Below, piece after piece: positions 55,885 through 64,000 of a DNA stretch of 64,000 nt. A program made the position numbers and the translations under genes. The DNA is taken from the NCBI GenBank assembly GCA_902793005.1, contig CADBBQ010000004.1, forward strand, positions 9,396-73,395, read 5' to 3'. This DNA comes from an uncultured Pseudomonadota bacterium. GTDB lineage: Bacteria; Pseudomonadota; Alphaproteobacteria; Rs-D84. Within the stretch, counting starts at the first letter, position 1, and every line of letters starts with the position of its first letter. The notes beneath the pieces are model-generated. The model did not search any database and was not told the DNA's origin. It saw only the letters and a list, made by a program, of their open reading frames with translations.

Positions 55885-56700
55885 GGGAATCGGTGTTATG
55901 ACTTTATCCCAGATAAAGTTTGGCCAACCTGTGGGGACAAAGGATGCAACAAAGTACAAAGTACAAAGTACAAATAATGTTGAACTTTGGATGAAATCCT
56001 TTTCAGATGATGCCGACAAAAAACACGGTAGTGTTTTTGTCAAAGTACAAAGTACAAATAACAAAGTACAAAGTACAAAGTACAAAGTACAAATAATGTT
56101 GAACTTTGAACTTTGGATTGGTGGATTCTGTTTCGAATTGTGCCGATTTATCAAGGCGGAGTGATATTACCGCATTGCAAACAAAAACGCGTTCGCGTTT
56201 TTATCAAAGTACAAAGTACAAATAACAAAGTACAAATAGTGTGTCGGCATAGCCGACGGCAACAATTGAACTTTGAACTTTGAACTTTGAAAACTGATAT
56301 GTTTGCTTTGAAATAAATACACAGGGGGGTGTTGGGTCAGTAATTCTGTTCTGTATCGTGGTGACCACCCGACGCCCCAAAGGGCTATGGGTGGCAGGCC
56401 TCCCTTCGCCCCAATAGGGCTATGGGTGGCAGGCCTCCCTTCGCCCCAAATACAAAAACGCGGACGCGTTTTTGTCATTGCGAGCGAACGAGTTCAATTT
56501 GCGTGCAACGCAAAGCCGAACGAGTGAGACGTGGCAATCCAGTCAATAATAAAGTCCAGCCTGCGGCTGGTGCTTTAATAGACCTGGATCCCCACGTGTC
56601 GCAAAACTGCGAATGCACGACATCGCAGGTTTTGCTCCCTCGGGATGACACAACGTTGAAAACGTTGTGTCTGAAATTTGAATTAACAATGGAGAGATAA
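55885..56700. repeat. Heptamer runs and palindromic or tandem repeats between the TR and the accessory ORF
   Basis: (CAAAGTA)n at 55958-55985, 56040-56093 and 56205-56235. (AACTTTG)n at 56096-56112 and 56266-56295. A roughly 35-bp unit CCCCAA(A/T)AGGGCTATGGGTGGCAGGCCTCCCTTCG occurs twice at about 56377-56447. Confidence 0.8.
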
Positions 56701-56704
56701 AAAA

Positions 56705-57031
56705 ATGACTATTGAAGAAATTGCCCAGGTGCGGGCGGTGGATTGTCCGGCGTTTTCTGTGTTCGCCAAGGACAAATTGCCTTTGCCGGGTGTTAAAAAA
56801 CGCTTGGATGAAATTTTAAATAAAGAAATCTTGGTCGTCGATTTCCGAATTACAAAATCAAAAAAACGCGAGGGGTCCGAGTGCCTGCAAATCCAATTCG
56901 TGTGCGATGATGTTATCTGTGTTGCATTTACTGGGTCGTCAGTTTTGGCGACCCAAATTCAATCTGTACGGGAAAAAATTCCTTTTCGAACGTGCGTTAC
57001 AAAAATCGATAAATATTATTCTTTTTCGTGA
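56705..57031 (+). CDS. DGR accessory protein candidate (in the Avd position; not recognisably Avd by eye)
   Basis: 108-aa ORF ending 24 nt before the RT ATG. GGAGAG RBS-like sequence upstream. Confidence 0.65.
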   Translation: MTIEEIAQVRAVDCPAFSVFAKDKLPLPGVKKRLDEILNKEILVVDFRITKSKKREGSECLQIQFVCDDVICVAFTGSSVLATQIQSVREKIPFRTCVTKIDKYYSFS

Positions 57032-57055
57032 TTTTTTCGTTGGTGGTTGCTGAAT

Positions 57056-58081
57056 ATGAAAACCTATAATAATTTATGGGATGAATTTATATCGCCCGAA
57101 AATTTCCAGTTGGCTGCGCGCAAGGCAATTAAAAGCAAAAAATCTAAATCCGCCGTCGCAAAATTTATGGCGAATAAAGATGCGTTGCTGGATAAACTGC
57201 GCCGGGATATTATGTCGGGCGTGTTCCGCACGTCCCCATATGTCGTCAAAACAATTTTCGAACCAAAACAGCGTCAAATTTATGTCTTGCCGTTGTATCC
57301 TGACCATATTTTGCACCACGCGCTGGTTAATGTGCTGGGGCCGATTTGGTTGAAAATGTTCGTCGCCGATTCGTTCGCGTGTATCCCGGGACGCGGCCTG
57401 CATTCGGCATCTACGCGCGCAATGGAATTGGTGCGGCGAAATAAATATGTGCTGCAATGTGATATCAGAAAATTTTACCCCAGTATTCGGCACGATGTGA
57501 TGAAACGAATTCTGCGCCGGAAAATTTCAGACAGGCGGATTCTGCGTTTGCTTGATTGCGTCGTCGATTCTGTCGAGGGGGATAAAAATGTCCCGATTGG
57601 AAATTTAACCAGTCAATGGTTCGGTAATGTGTTCTTGAACGAGTTAGACCATTTCGTCAAAGAAAAACTGCAATGGCGCGAATATATCCGGTATTGCGAT
57701 GATTTTTGCTTGTTCGGAAATGACAAGGCGGCGTTGCGCGCGGCGTTGGCCCAAATCCAAGATTTCGTCCATCAGGAATTGCAATTGGAATTTTCCAAGT
57801 CTGTGATTTATCCCGTTTGGCGCGGATTCGATTTTATCGGGTATCGACATTTCCGCGGATTTATCTTGTTGCGGAAAACAACCGCACGACGCATCAAGAA
57901 AAATGTCATAAATATGGCACGATACCACGATTTCGGCGAACACAGTGTAGGGCAATTGGCCGCATATCACGGTTGGGCCAAGTGGGCAAATACATATCGG
58001 TTTAAACGAAAAATTCAACGCGCGGTGGGTCATTACGGGGGCGATGCCGCAAAATTCTTGCGTAAAAATTTCTGGTTTTAA
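57056..58081 (+). CDS. DGR-type reverse transcriptase
   Basis: RT motifs 1-7: KPKQRQIYVLP, (I)PGRGLHSA, QCDIRKFYPSI, the DGR-diagnostic motif 4 PIGNLTSQWFGNVFLNELDHF, catalytic RYCDDFCLF and FIGYRH. Start taken at the ATG (MKTYNNLW). Confidence 0.93.
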   Translation: MKTYNNLWDEFISPENFQLAARKAIKSKKSKSAVAKFMANKDALLDKLRRDIMSGVFRTSPYVVKTIFEPKQRQIYVLPLYPDHILHHALVNVLGPIWLKMFVADSFACIPGRGLHSASTRAMELVRRNKYVLQCDIRKFYPSIRHDVMKRILRRKISDRRILRLLDCVVDSVEGDKNVPIGNLTSQWFGNVFLNELDHFVKEKLQWREYIRYCDDFCLFGNDKAALRAALAQIQDFVHQELQLEFSKSVIYPVWRGFDFIGYRHFRGFILLRKTTARRIKKNVINMARYHDFGEHSVGQLAAYHGWAKWANTYRFKRKIQRAVGHYGGDAAKFLRKNFWF

Positions 58082-58107
58082 AAAAAATCGCATATGCGAT
58101 TTTTTTT
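58082..58107. terminator. Bidirectional terminator between the RT and the LOG gene
   Basis: A-run, ATCGCATATGCGAT palindrome, T-run. Confidence 0.75.
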
Positions 58108-58678
58108 AGTTTTCGAGTTTAGTTGTGGAATAATTTAATATTTTTTTTATTAATTCGTCAGGGGTGCGTGCGCCGTGGATGTTATATTCGTGCACGTTTT
58201 CAATAAAACCACAGTTCTGCATATGTATAAACAGGCGCGAAAACGGATGCCAAAAATCCGATGTGTTCAGGAAAAATAACGGCTTTTGCGTTTCACCAAT
58301 TTGCTGCATCGTCATAATGTCTGTTAATTCGTTCAATGTTCCCAGGCCCCCCGGTAATATAATAAACGCGTCGGATTCTTGGAACATTTCCGTCTTGCGT
58401 GCGTTGATGGATTCCGTCATACGTAATTCTATGCCGGTGTGCGCCGGTTCTTGGCGGGCAATAATGTGCGATGTCGTCACGCCCAAGACCGCACCACCGT
58501 TGTCCAATGCCGCGTTGCATACCGTTCCCATTAATCCAACATCGCCACCACCAAATATTAATTTTATCCCGTTTTTTGCCAATAATTCCCCAACCCTTGC
58601 CGCATCACGTGCAAATTTCGGGTCGTTGCCAAATTCGTGCCCACAATATACCGCAATCGATTTTATGATTTTCTTCAT
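58106..58678 (-). CDS. LOG-family (TIGR00730) nucleotide phosphoribohydrolase
   Basis: 190 aa. GGG..GLMG and PGGLGTLNEL (PGGxGTxxE) motifs. Confidence 0.85.
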   Translation of the reverse strand: MKKIIKSIAVYCGHEFGNDPKFARDAARVGELLAKNGIKLIFGGGDVGLMGTVCNAALDNGGAVLGVTTSHIIARQEPAHTGIELRMTESINARKTEMFQESDAFIILPGGLGTLNELTDIMTMQQIGETQKPLFFLNTSDFWHPFSRLFIHMQNCGFIENVHEYNIHGARTPDELIKKILNYSTTKLEN

Positions 58679-58729
58679 AGATTATTTTCCTTTATTTTTC
58701 GAAATTATATCATAAAATGAATATGTGGC

Positions 58730-59638
58730 GTGGATTCGGTGTGCTTGCTGCGGTGGTGTGTGGATGCGGGGTTGTCTGTGGTGGCATTGCACGTAAATCA
58801 CGGATTGCGTGCCGCCGCCGAGGTCGAGACACAATATGTGCGCGATTTGTGTGCGTCTTGGTCGGTGCCGTGCCAGATTTTTTACTGGGCGGGGGATAAA
58901 AATATGCCGGGGCTGGAAAGCGCGGCGCGTGATGCACGGTATAAATTTATGACCGATTTTTGCAAACAAAATAATATTGATGCGTTGTTTGTCGCGCACC
59001 AGGCCGATGACCAAATCGAAACTTTTTTGATGAATCTGGGGCGGGGCAGTGGGCTGTATGGCTTGGCCGCGATGCGACGCGAAACATATCGCGATGGGGT
59101 TAAAATTGTGCGTCCTTTGTTGGATGTGGGGCGGGATGAGTTGCGCACGTGGTGCGATGCGCATAATGTTAAATATTTTATCGATGAAATGAACCGTGAT
59201 CCGCACTATACGCGTGTTAAAATTCGACAAAATCGGCATTTAATGTCTGAAAAGTTGGGAATAACGGATGCGCGAATTTTGTTGGCGATTGAAAACCTGG
59301 GGCGGGTGCGTGATAAAATCGAAAGTGATGTTGCCGGATTGGTCGCAAGCGTGATGACGGATGAAAAGCGTGCCGTGTTTTCGGATGTTTTTTTGTTTGA
59401 CCTGGACGCGGATATTCGATTAAAATTCGTCGGCACATTGATTCAAAAAATTGGGGGGGATAAATATCCGCCACGCTTGAATTCGTTGGCAAATGCACTA
59501 TACAAATTACAGTCTGATTGTAAATTTACACTGGGACATTGTACTGTGCGACGGATGCGGGATAAAATTCTGGTCGTGCCCGAGGGCGCAAAAACAACGT
59601 TTAGGAAGAAAAGAAATGAAAAAAGTAAAAATAAGTGA
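58730..59638 (+). CDS. tilS: tRNA(Ile)-lysidine synthase, N-terminally truncated relative to the family
   Basis: ...DSVCLLRW....LSVVALHVNHGLR...ARY..F......I..L..AH...DQ.ET motifs. The in-frame upstream codons read TGA-ATA-TGT-GGC-GTG-GAT-TCG, so the SGGxDS PP-loop is cut to (CG)VDS. Confidence 0.8.
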   Translation: MDSVCLLRWCVDAGLSVVALHVNHGLRAAAEVETQYVRDLCASWSVPCQIFYWAGDKNMPGLESAARDARYKFMTDFCKQNNIDALFVAHQADDQIETFLMNLGRGSGLYGLAAMRRETYRDGVKIVRPLLDVGRDELRTWCDAHNVKYFIDEMNRDPHYTRVKIRQNRHLMSEKLGITDARILLAIENLGRVRDKIESDVAGLVASVMTDEKRAVFSDVFLFDLDADIRLKFVGTLIQKIGGDKYPPRLNSLANALYKLQSDCKFTLGHCTVRRMRDKILVVPEGAKTTFRKKRNEKSKNK

Positions 59639-61535
59639 TAAATCGTCTTGGTTTTTAATATTGTTCGCAATTTTGTTCGGTGTTATGGTCGTGCGCACAA
59701 TCGTCGGAAAAAATAATTCGGCTGTGGATTTGAATTCTGGGGCGACGCCGGTGATTGTAAATACCAGGCCGGTCGTGTTGTCTTTTTCGGATGTTATGCG
59801 GCGCGCGGGCGATATTAAAAATATTACTGTGCGTGGCGCGGATGCAACTGGCGTGTTAAAAGACGGAACGAAATTTACCGCAACTGTTAATTCGGATACA
59901 GAATTTTTAAAAGATTTGTCCGACAAGGGGGCGTCGGTTTCAATCGATGCGTCGCGGGGGGCGTTGGATATATTGGGAATATGGTTGCCAATATTGTTTT
60001 CGGCGTTGTTTATATTTTGGCTGTTGCGTGGATTGCGTGGTGGTGCGGGTGGATTAAATCGGACGCTGTTGGCGCAAAACCCGACCAAGGTCACAACCGG
60101 AAAGCCTAAAACTACATTTGCAGATGTTGCCGGAATTGATTCTGAAAAACAAGAATTACAAGAAATTGTGGAATTTTTGAAAAACAAGGATAAATTCCGT
60201 GCGCTGGGCGCGCGGGTGCCGCGTGGCGTGCTGTTGGCGGGTGAACCGGGTACGGGTAAAACTTTATTGGCGCGTGCCATCGCGGGCGAGGCGAACGTTC
60301 CGTTCTTTGCCACATCGGGCAGTGATTTTTCCGGAATTATCGTTGGATTGGGGGTCGCAAAAATCAAAGAAATGTTCGAAATGGCAAAACGAAATGCGCC
60401 GTGTATCTTGTTTATTGATGAAATTGACGCCATCGGTCAAAAACGCAGTTCGCATTCAATTAATGACCAAGATCGTGAACAAACATTGAATCAATTGCTG
60501 ATTGAAATGGATGGGTTTGCAAATGAAACCGGAATTATTGTAATTGGTGCGACTAATCGTCCAGATATGTTGGATGCGGCGTTGCTGCGTCCGGGACGTT
60601 TCGATCGCCAGGTTCATATTGAATTGCCTGATTTGGCGGGGCGGGATGCGATTTTGCAACTGCACGCGAAAAAATTTAAAATATCCAAAGATGTCAGTAT
60701 GCACGATGTTGCACGTGGAACAACCGGTTTTTCGGGCGCAGATTTGGAAAATTTGTTAAATGAGGGCGCGTTGCACGCGGTGCGTGCGGGGCATAAATCG
60801 GTGGAGCAATCTGACCTGGACGAGGCACGTGATAAAATTTTAATGGGCCCAAAGAAAAATCGTAAAATGCGTCCCCAGGACATAAAACTGGCCGCGCATC
60901 ACGAGGCCGGACACGCATTCGTCAGTATGATGTATGCCGATGTCACCGACCCGATTTTAAAGGCGACAATTATTCCACGTGGACGTGCGCTGGGGATGGT
61001 GCAACATTTGCCGGTGGATGACAAGGTTTCTATGACCATATCAGAGGTTCGTGCCGATTTGGCGGTGTCTTTGGCGGGGCGTGCGGCGGAACAAATCTTT
61101 TTCGGCGCGGATAAAATCACAACGGGTGCCGAAAGTGATATTGACCAGGCAACACGTCTTGCGCGGTATGCGATTGCAACGGCGGGATTGTCGCCGAAAT
61201 TGGGTATGGTTGCGGTCAAACAGGTGACATCTTTTGGTACGCGTTCGCAATTGGAAACGGCATCTGAAAAGACCGCGGAATTGGTTGATGCCGAGGTTCG
61301 TTCTTGGTTGGATGTCGCATATAAAGATGCGGTTAAAATTTTAACGAAAAATAAAAAGACCGTGGCGCGCTTGGCGGATGAATTGTTAAAACGTGAAACA
61401 TTGACTGGCGACGAAATCCGTGAAATTATTTTCGGTAAAAAATCGGCAAAGTCTGCGGAAAAATCTGATGTGGCAACCAAGGGTGCAAAACGTGTTTTGC
61501 GTGAACATAAAAAATCTAAAAAATCCGCCGATTAA
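59616..61535 (+). CDS. ftsH: ATP-dependent zinc metalloprotease FtsH
   Basis: Start at [17 protein letters not shown] (TM1). Walker A GEPGTGKT, Walker [12 protein letters not shown] ([16 protein letters not shown]) and zinc site HEAGHA. Confidence 0.96.
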   Translation: MKKVKISDKSSWFLILFAILFGVMVVRTIVGKNNSAVDLNSGATPVIVNTRPVVLSFSDVMRRAGDIKNITVRGADATGVLKDGTKFTATVNSDTEFLKDLSDKGASVSIDASRGALDILGIWLPILFSALFIFWLLRGLRGGAGGLNRTLLAQNPTKVTTGKPKTTFADVAGIDSEKQELQEIVEFLKNKDKFRALGARVPRGVLLAGEPGTGKTLLARAIAGEANVPFFATSGSDFSGIIVGLGVAKIKEMFEMAKRNAPCILFIDEIDAIGQKRSSHSINDQDREQTLNQLLIEMDGFANETGIIVIGATNRPDMLDAALLRPGRFDRQVHIELPDLAGRDAILQLHAKKFKISKDVSMHDVARGTTGFSGADLENLLNEGALHAVRAGHKSVEQSDLDEARDKILMGPKKNRKMRPQDIKLAAHHEAGHAFVSMMYADVTDPILKATIIPRGRALGMVQHLPVDDKVSMTISEVRADLAVSLAGRAAEQIFFGADKITTGAESDIDQATRLARYAIATAGLSPKLGMVAVKQVTSFGTRSQLETASEKTAELVDAEVRSWLDVAYKDAVKILTKNKKTVARLADELLKRETLTGDEIREIIFGKKSAKSAEKSDVATKGAKRVLREHKKSKKSAD

Positions 61536-61542
61536 ATTTGAA

Positions 61543-62163
61543 ATGCTGATGATGGTGCCAGAAAACACCAATTCTGTGTTGGTATCACGTGGCGCGGATG
61601 CGGTGATTTTTGACGCGTGGGGGCGTGTCGCGGCGTGGCGTGATATGTTGCAAGAACGCGGATTAAATTTGCGCGCGATTTATGCAACCCACGGTCATCC
61701 CGACCATATATCGGCGGCACCTGAATTAGCGCGTGATGCAAATGTTGATTGGTTTTTGAATCCGGCGGATGAATTTTTGATGTGTGACGCAAACGATTTT
61801 TTGGATATGTTTCGTTTGCCGCATATTGCGCCCGATTATAAAAGACCTGTGCCGATGCCGATTGGCGAAGTTGAAATTTTGCCGGATGTAAAAATGCGGG
61901 TTATTCCGTCCCCGGGCCATACGCCGGGTGGCGTTATGTTTTGGTTTCCTGAATATAAAGTGTTGCTGATTGGGGATACACTGTTCCAAGAATCTGTCGG
62001 GCGATATGATTTGCCAGGTGGGGATGTGAAAAAATTATTTGAATCCATACATCGGTTATACAATATGAATTTGGACGATGATACAACGGTAATTCACGGG
62101 CACGGTATGCATACAACAATTGGTTGGTTAAAGAATAACAATCCGTTTTTTACTGCGCACTAA
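61543..62163 (+). CDS. MBL-fold hydrolase (glyoxalase II-like)
   Basis: THGHPDH metal motif and later GH..G and D..F segments. Start taken at the ATG at 61543, after the ftsH stop. Confidence 0.8.
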   Translation: MLMMVPENTNSVLVSRGADAVIFDAWGRVAAWRDMLQERGLNLRAIYATHGHPDHISAAPELARDANVDWFLNPADEFLMCDANDFLDMFRLPHIAPDYKRPVPMPIGEVEILPDVKMRVIPSPGHTPGGVMFWFPEYKVLLIGDTLFQESVGRYDLPGGDVKKLFESIHRLYNMNLDDDTTVIHGHGMHTTIGWLKNNNPFFTAH

Positions 62164-62923
62164 ATACCAATACGCGAATAATTCCACCCAAATCAGGGAC
62201 AGATTTTATAAAACGCCAACCGGCATTTTCGAAAATTTTTTTGACATTGCCTTCCATCCCGATTCCGATTTCAACATAAATGCGGCCATTATCGCGAATC
62301 CATTGTTTGCCGTTTTTTGCAATTGCCATATATGCCGCCAATCCGTTGTTTTCGGCGAACAGAGCCATTTTTGGGTCGTGTGATGCCCCCACATCCACAC
62401 GTCGGTCACCGCGCGCAATGTACGGTGGGTTTGATACAATTACATCTGCGAATTGTTCAGGCAAAGCGGATGCCTGATTAAAATCGCCATATCGCACAGA
62501 AATTTTTTTATCCAGTCCCAATTCGCTAACATTTTTGCGTGCAACGCGCAATGCGGCGCGCGATTTATCGATTGCGATTCCAACGGCGGGTGCGTTTTTC
62601 ACAATTGCACATATTATACAGCCCGTACCGGTTCCGATATCGGCGACGGTGAAATTTTTTACGCCCGTGTAATCTTTTAATACGGCCTCGACCAGGGTTT
62701 CGGTATCTGGGCGCGGGTCCAATGTGTGTTTGTTTGTATAGAATTTTAATCCATAAAACCATTTGTTGTGGATGATTTTTGCAACCGGCACACCCCGGTG
62801 CAACGCCCACATAACCCGCCACAGGTGTATCCGTGACATTTTTGGAAATGCGTCTGTGATTATTCGGGCAACGTGAGGTCCCGCAATCCCGGACAAAATT
62901 GTGAATGCTTGATTTGTTTTCAT
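62150..62923 (-). CDS. prmC: Release-factor glutamine N5-methyltransferase (HemK/PrmC)
   Basis: SAM motif DIGTGTGCI and catalytic NPPY (VSNPPYI). Start taken at MKTNQAF. Confidence 0.88.
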   Translation of the reverse strand: MKTNQAFTILSGIAGPHVARIITDAFPKMSRIHLWRVMWALHRGVPVAKIIHNKWFYGLKFYTNKHTLDPRPDTETLVEAVLKDYTGVKNFTVADIGTGTGCIICAIVKNAPAVGIAIDKSRAALRVARKNVSELGLDKKISVRYGDFNQASALPEQFADVIVSNPPYIARGDRRVDVGASHDPKMALFAENNGLAAYMAIAKNGKQWIRDNGRIYVEIGIGMEGNVKKIFENAGWRFIKSVPDLGGIIRVLVFSAQ

Positions 62924-62944
62924 ATTTTTATTATAATGCGTCTT

Positions 62945-64000
62945 ATGAGAAAAGTAAAAGAATATCTGAATACTTCGGTTTTGACCAAGATTGTAATTGC
63001 GTTGGCGGTATTGTTGACGTTGGTTGCGTTGTTTGTTGTTTTGTCGCATCGTGCGCCGATTTCGGCGGAAAAATCTGTCGTGTCGTCGGATGCGTGTAAA
63101 ACGGTTGTTGTGGTGTCGTCGGGCGACACATTGTCGGGATTATTATCAAAACAGGGCCTGTCCAACACGCAAATCAATGAAATTGTGCGTGTGTTGAAAT
63201 CCAATGGTGTGGCGGGCCTGCGTGCGGACCGTGATAAAATTGAGTTTGTACGTGCGGCGGCCGAATCGCCGGTGAATAAAATTGTGGTGATTCCGTCCCC
63301 CTGGCGCCAGGTTGAATTAACCTGTGACAATAATGGGGCGTGGAAATGCAATACGGTGGATATAGAACGCGACACGCGTGCGGTGTATAAATCGGGCGTT
63401 ATTCTTGACGGGGACAGTTTTTATCTGGCGGGGATGCGTGCGGGTATTCCGGCGGGTGTTTTGGCAGATGTGTATGATTTATTGGCTTTTGAAATGGATT
63501 TTGAACGGGATGTTCGCGCCGGACAAAAGTTTTCCGTTTTATACGAAGAAAACTTTTCCGGTGGCGCACATATTGATAACGGTCACGTGTTGGCGGTGTC
63601 GTTTGATGCACTACGCGGAAATGTCAAAATGTATCGGTTTAAAAAGAAAGACGGCACGGTCGGTTTTTATAACGAAAAGGGCGACGGTGCAATTAAATCT
63701 TTGAAACGCACACCAATTAACAATGCCAAAGTCACTAGCAGTTTTCAAACCCGGCGTAAACATCCTGTGTTGGGATTTACCCGTGCACACAAAGGTGTCG
63801 ATTTCCGTGCGCCAACCGGTACGCCAATTCCGGCGGCCGGTGCGGGCCGTGTTGTAAAGCGCGGATATAACAGTGGCCACGGTAATTTTATTCGTATTCG
63901 CCATAATGGTTCGTTTGAAACATTGTATGCACATATGTCCAAATTTAAAAGTGGCGTGAATGTCGGAACCGTTGTAAAGCAGGGCCAAATTATCGGTTTT
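62945..64000 (+). CDS. M23 family metallopeptidase with N-terminal TM and LysM/OapA-like region (3' end outside the window)
   Basis: Not in the ORF track because no stop lies in the window. ATG at 62945 gives MRKVKEYLNTSVLTKIVIALAVLL... The C-terminal part has HKGVDFRAPTGTPI and GHGNFIRIRH...LYAHMS M23 motifs. The frame is open to 64000. Confidence 0.85.
   Translation, partial: MRKVKEYLNTSVLTKIVIALAVLLTLVALFVVLSHRAPISAEKSVVSSDACKTVVVVSSGDTLSGLLSKQGLSNTQINEIVRVLKSNGVAGLRADRDKIEFVRAAAESPVNKIVVIPSPWRQVELTCDNNGAWKCNTVDIERDTRAVYKSGVILDGDSFYLAGMRAGIPAGVLADVYDLLAFEMDFERDVRAGQKFSVLYEENFSGGAHIDNGHVLAVSFDALRGNVKMYRFKKKDGTVGFYNEKGDGAIKSLKRTPINNAKVTSSFQTRRKHPVLGFTRAHKGVDFRAPTGTPIPAAGAGRVVKRGYNSGHGNFIRIRHNGSFETLYAHMSKFKSGVNVGTVVKQGQIIGF

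Larger units (their letters stand above)
52978..58081 (+). mobile_element. Diversity-generating retroelement cassette: target gene (VR1, VR2), TR, accessory ORF, RT
   Basis: All components are on the + strand. See the individual features. Confidence 0.9.

Noticed and set aside
55742-56164. 140-aa ORF covering the TR (…VGASSWVFNNTNSSAANCANNCANNCANNVRNNAGFRAAVFGG…).
   Set aside because: It has no RBS or plausible N-terminus. It runs straight into heptamer repeats that translate as KYKVQSTN. The protein-like part is only the TR read in the VR frame, so it is treated as non-coding template.
51860-56700. The dense, repeated hairpins could be mistaken for CRISPR arrays.
   Set aside because: The repeats are of several unrelated families, occur in both orientations, have irregular spacing and variable length, and many are self-complementary. 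There are no cas genes and no uniform repeat-spacer periodicity.
56705-57031. Calling the small ORF upstream of the RT 'Avd' outright.
   Set aside because: Position fits, but the sequence does not show the helical, strongly basic character I associate with Avd. It is annotated only as an accessory candidate.
63378-63988. Track ORFs 63378..63704 (+) and 63611..63988 (-) near the window end.
   Set aside because: They lie inside the open frame of the M23 peptidase gene (62945 to beyond 64000), whose translation carries clear M23 motifs. The track missed that gene because its stop is outside the window.

Overview
This 64-kb window is from a moderately AT-rich bacterial chromosome. It is most likely an alphaproteobacterium, possibly a host-associated one with some gene erosion. 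The lineage call is an inference from three things: a circularly permuted two-piece tmRNA with an ANDN-type tag; the gene pairs envC-like/ctpA, tilS/ftsH, rpsB/tsf, rplM/rpsI and groES/groEL; and a prfB with the classical +1 frameshift. The housekeeping backbone is obg, groESL, adk, rpsA, polA, pth, rpsB-tsf, tyrS, ctpA, prfB, rplM-rpsI, tig, tilS-ftsH and prmC, plus five tRNAs and ssrA. It is interrupted by accessory DNA. The main feature is a diversity-generating retroelement (DGR). It has a DGR-type reverse transcriptase (57056..58081), a small upstream accessory ORF (56705..57031) and a 132-nt template repeat (TR, 55749..55880). All 26 TR adenines sit in codon positions 1-2 of 14 codons. 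Two variable repeats (VRs) in the adjacent secreted protein (52978..55011) differ from the TR only at those adenines (13 and 18 substitutions, no other mismatch). Three more VR-like segments lie 23 kb and 47 kb away (8557..8670, 32184..32297, 32757..32867), and one fossil copy lies in 27120..27743. These show graded divergence from the TR. The remote targets belong to a cassette-like array of small genes that share a C-terminal module with an ACP-like protein. Both large DGR target genes and the TR are embedded in intergenic DNA full of MITE-like palindromic repeats and heptamer tandem repeats. Other points: polA is split by a 23-bp tandem duplication; an EnvC-like peptidase has an in-frame TAA after its signal peptide; tilS lacks the start of its PP-loop; one tRNA-Leu appears to carry an AAG anticodon; there are large eukaryote-like Cys-rich secreted proteins. 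All calls come from reading the sequence and ORF translations by eye. No database search was run.
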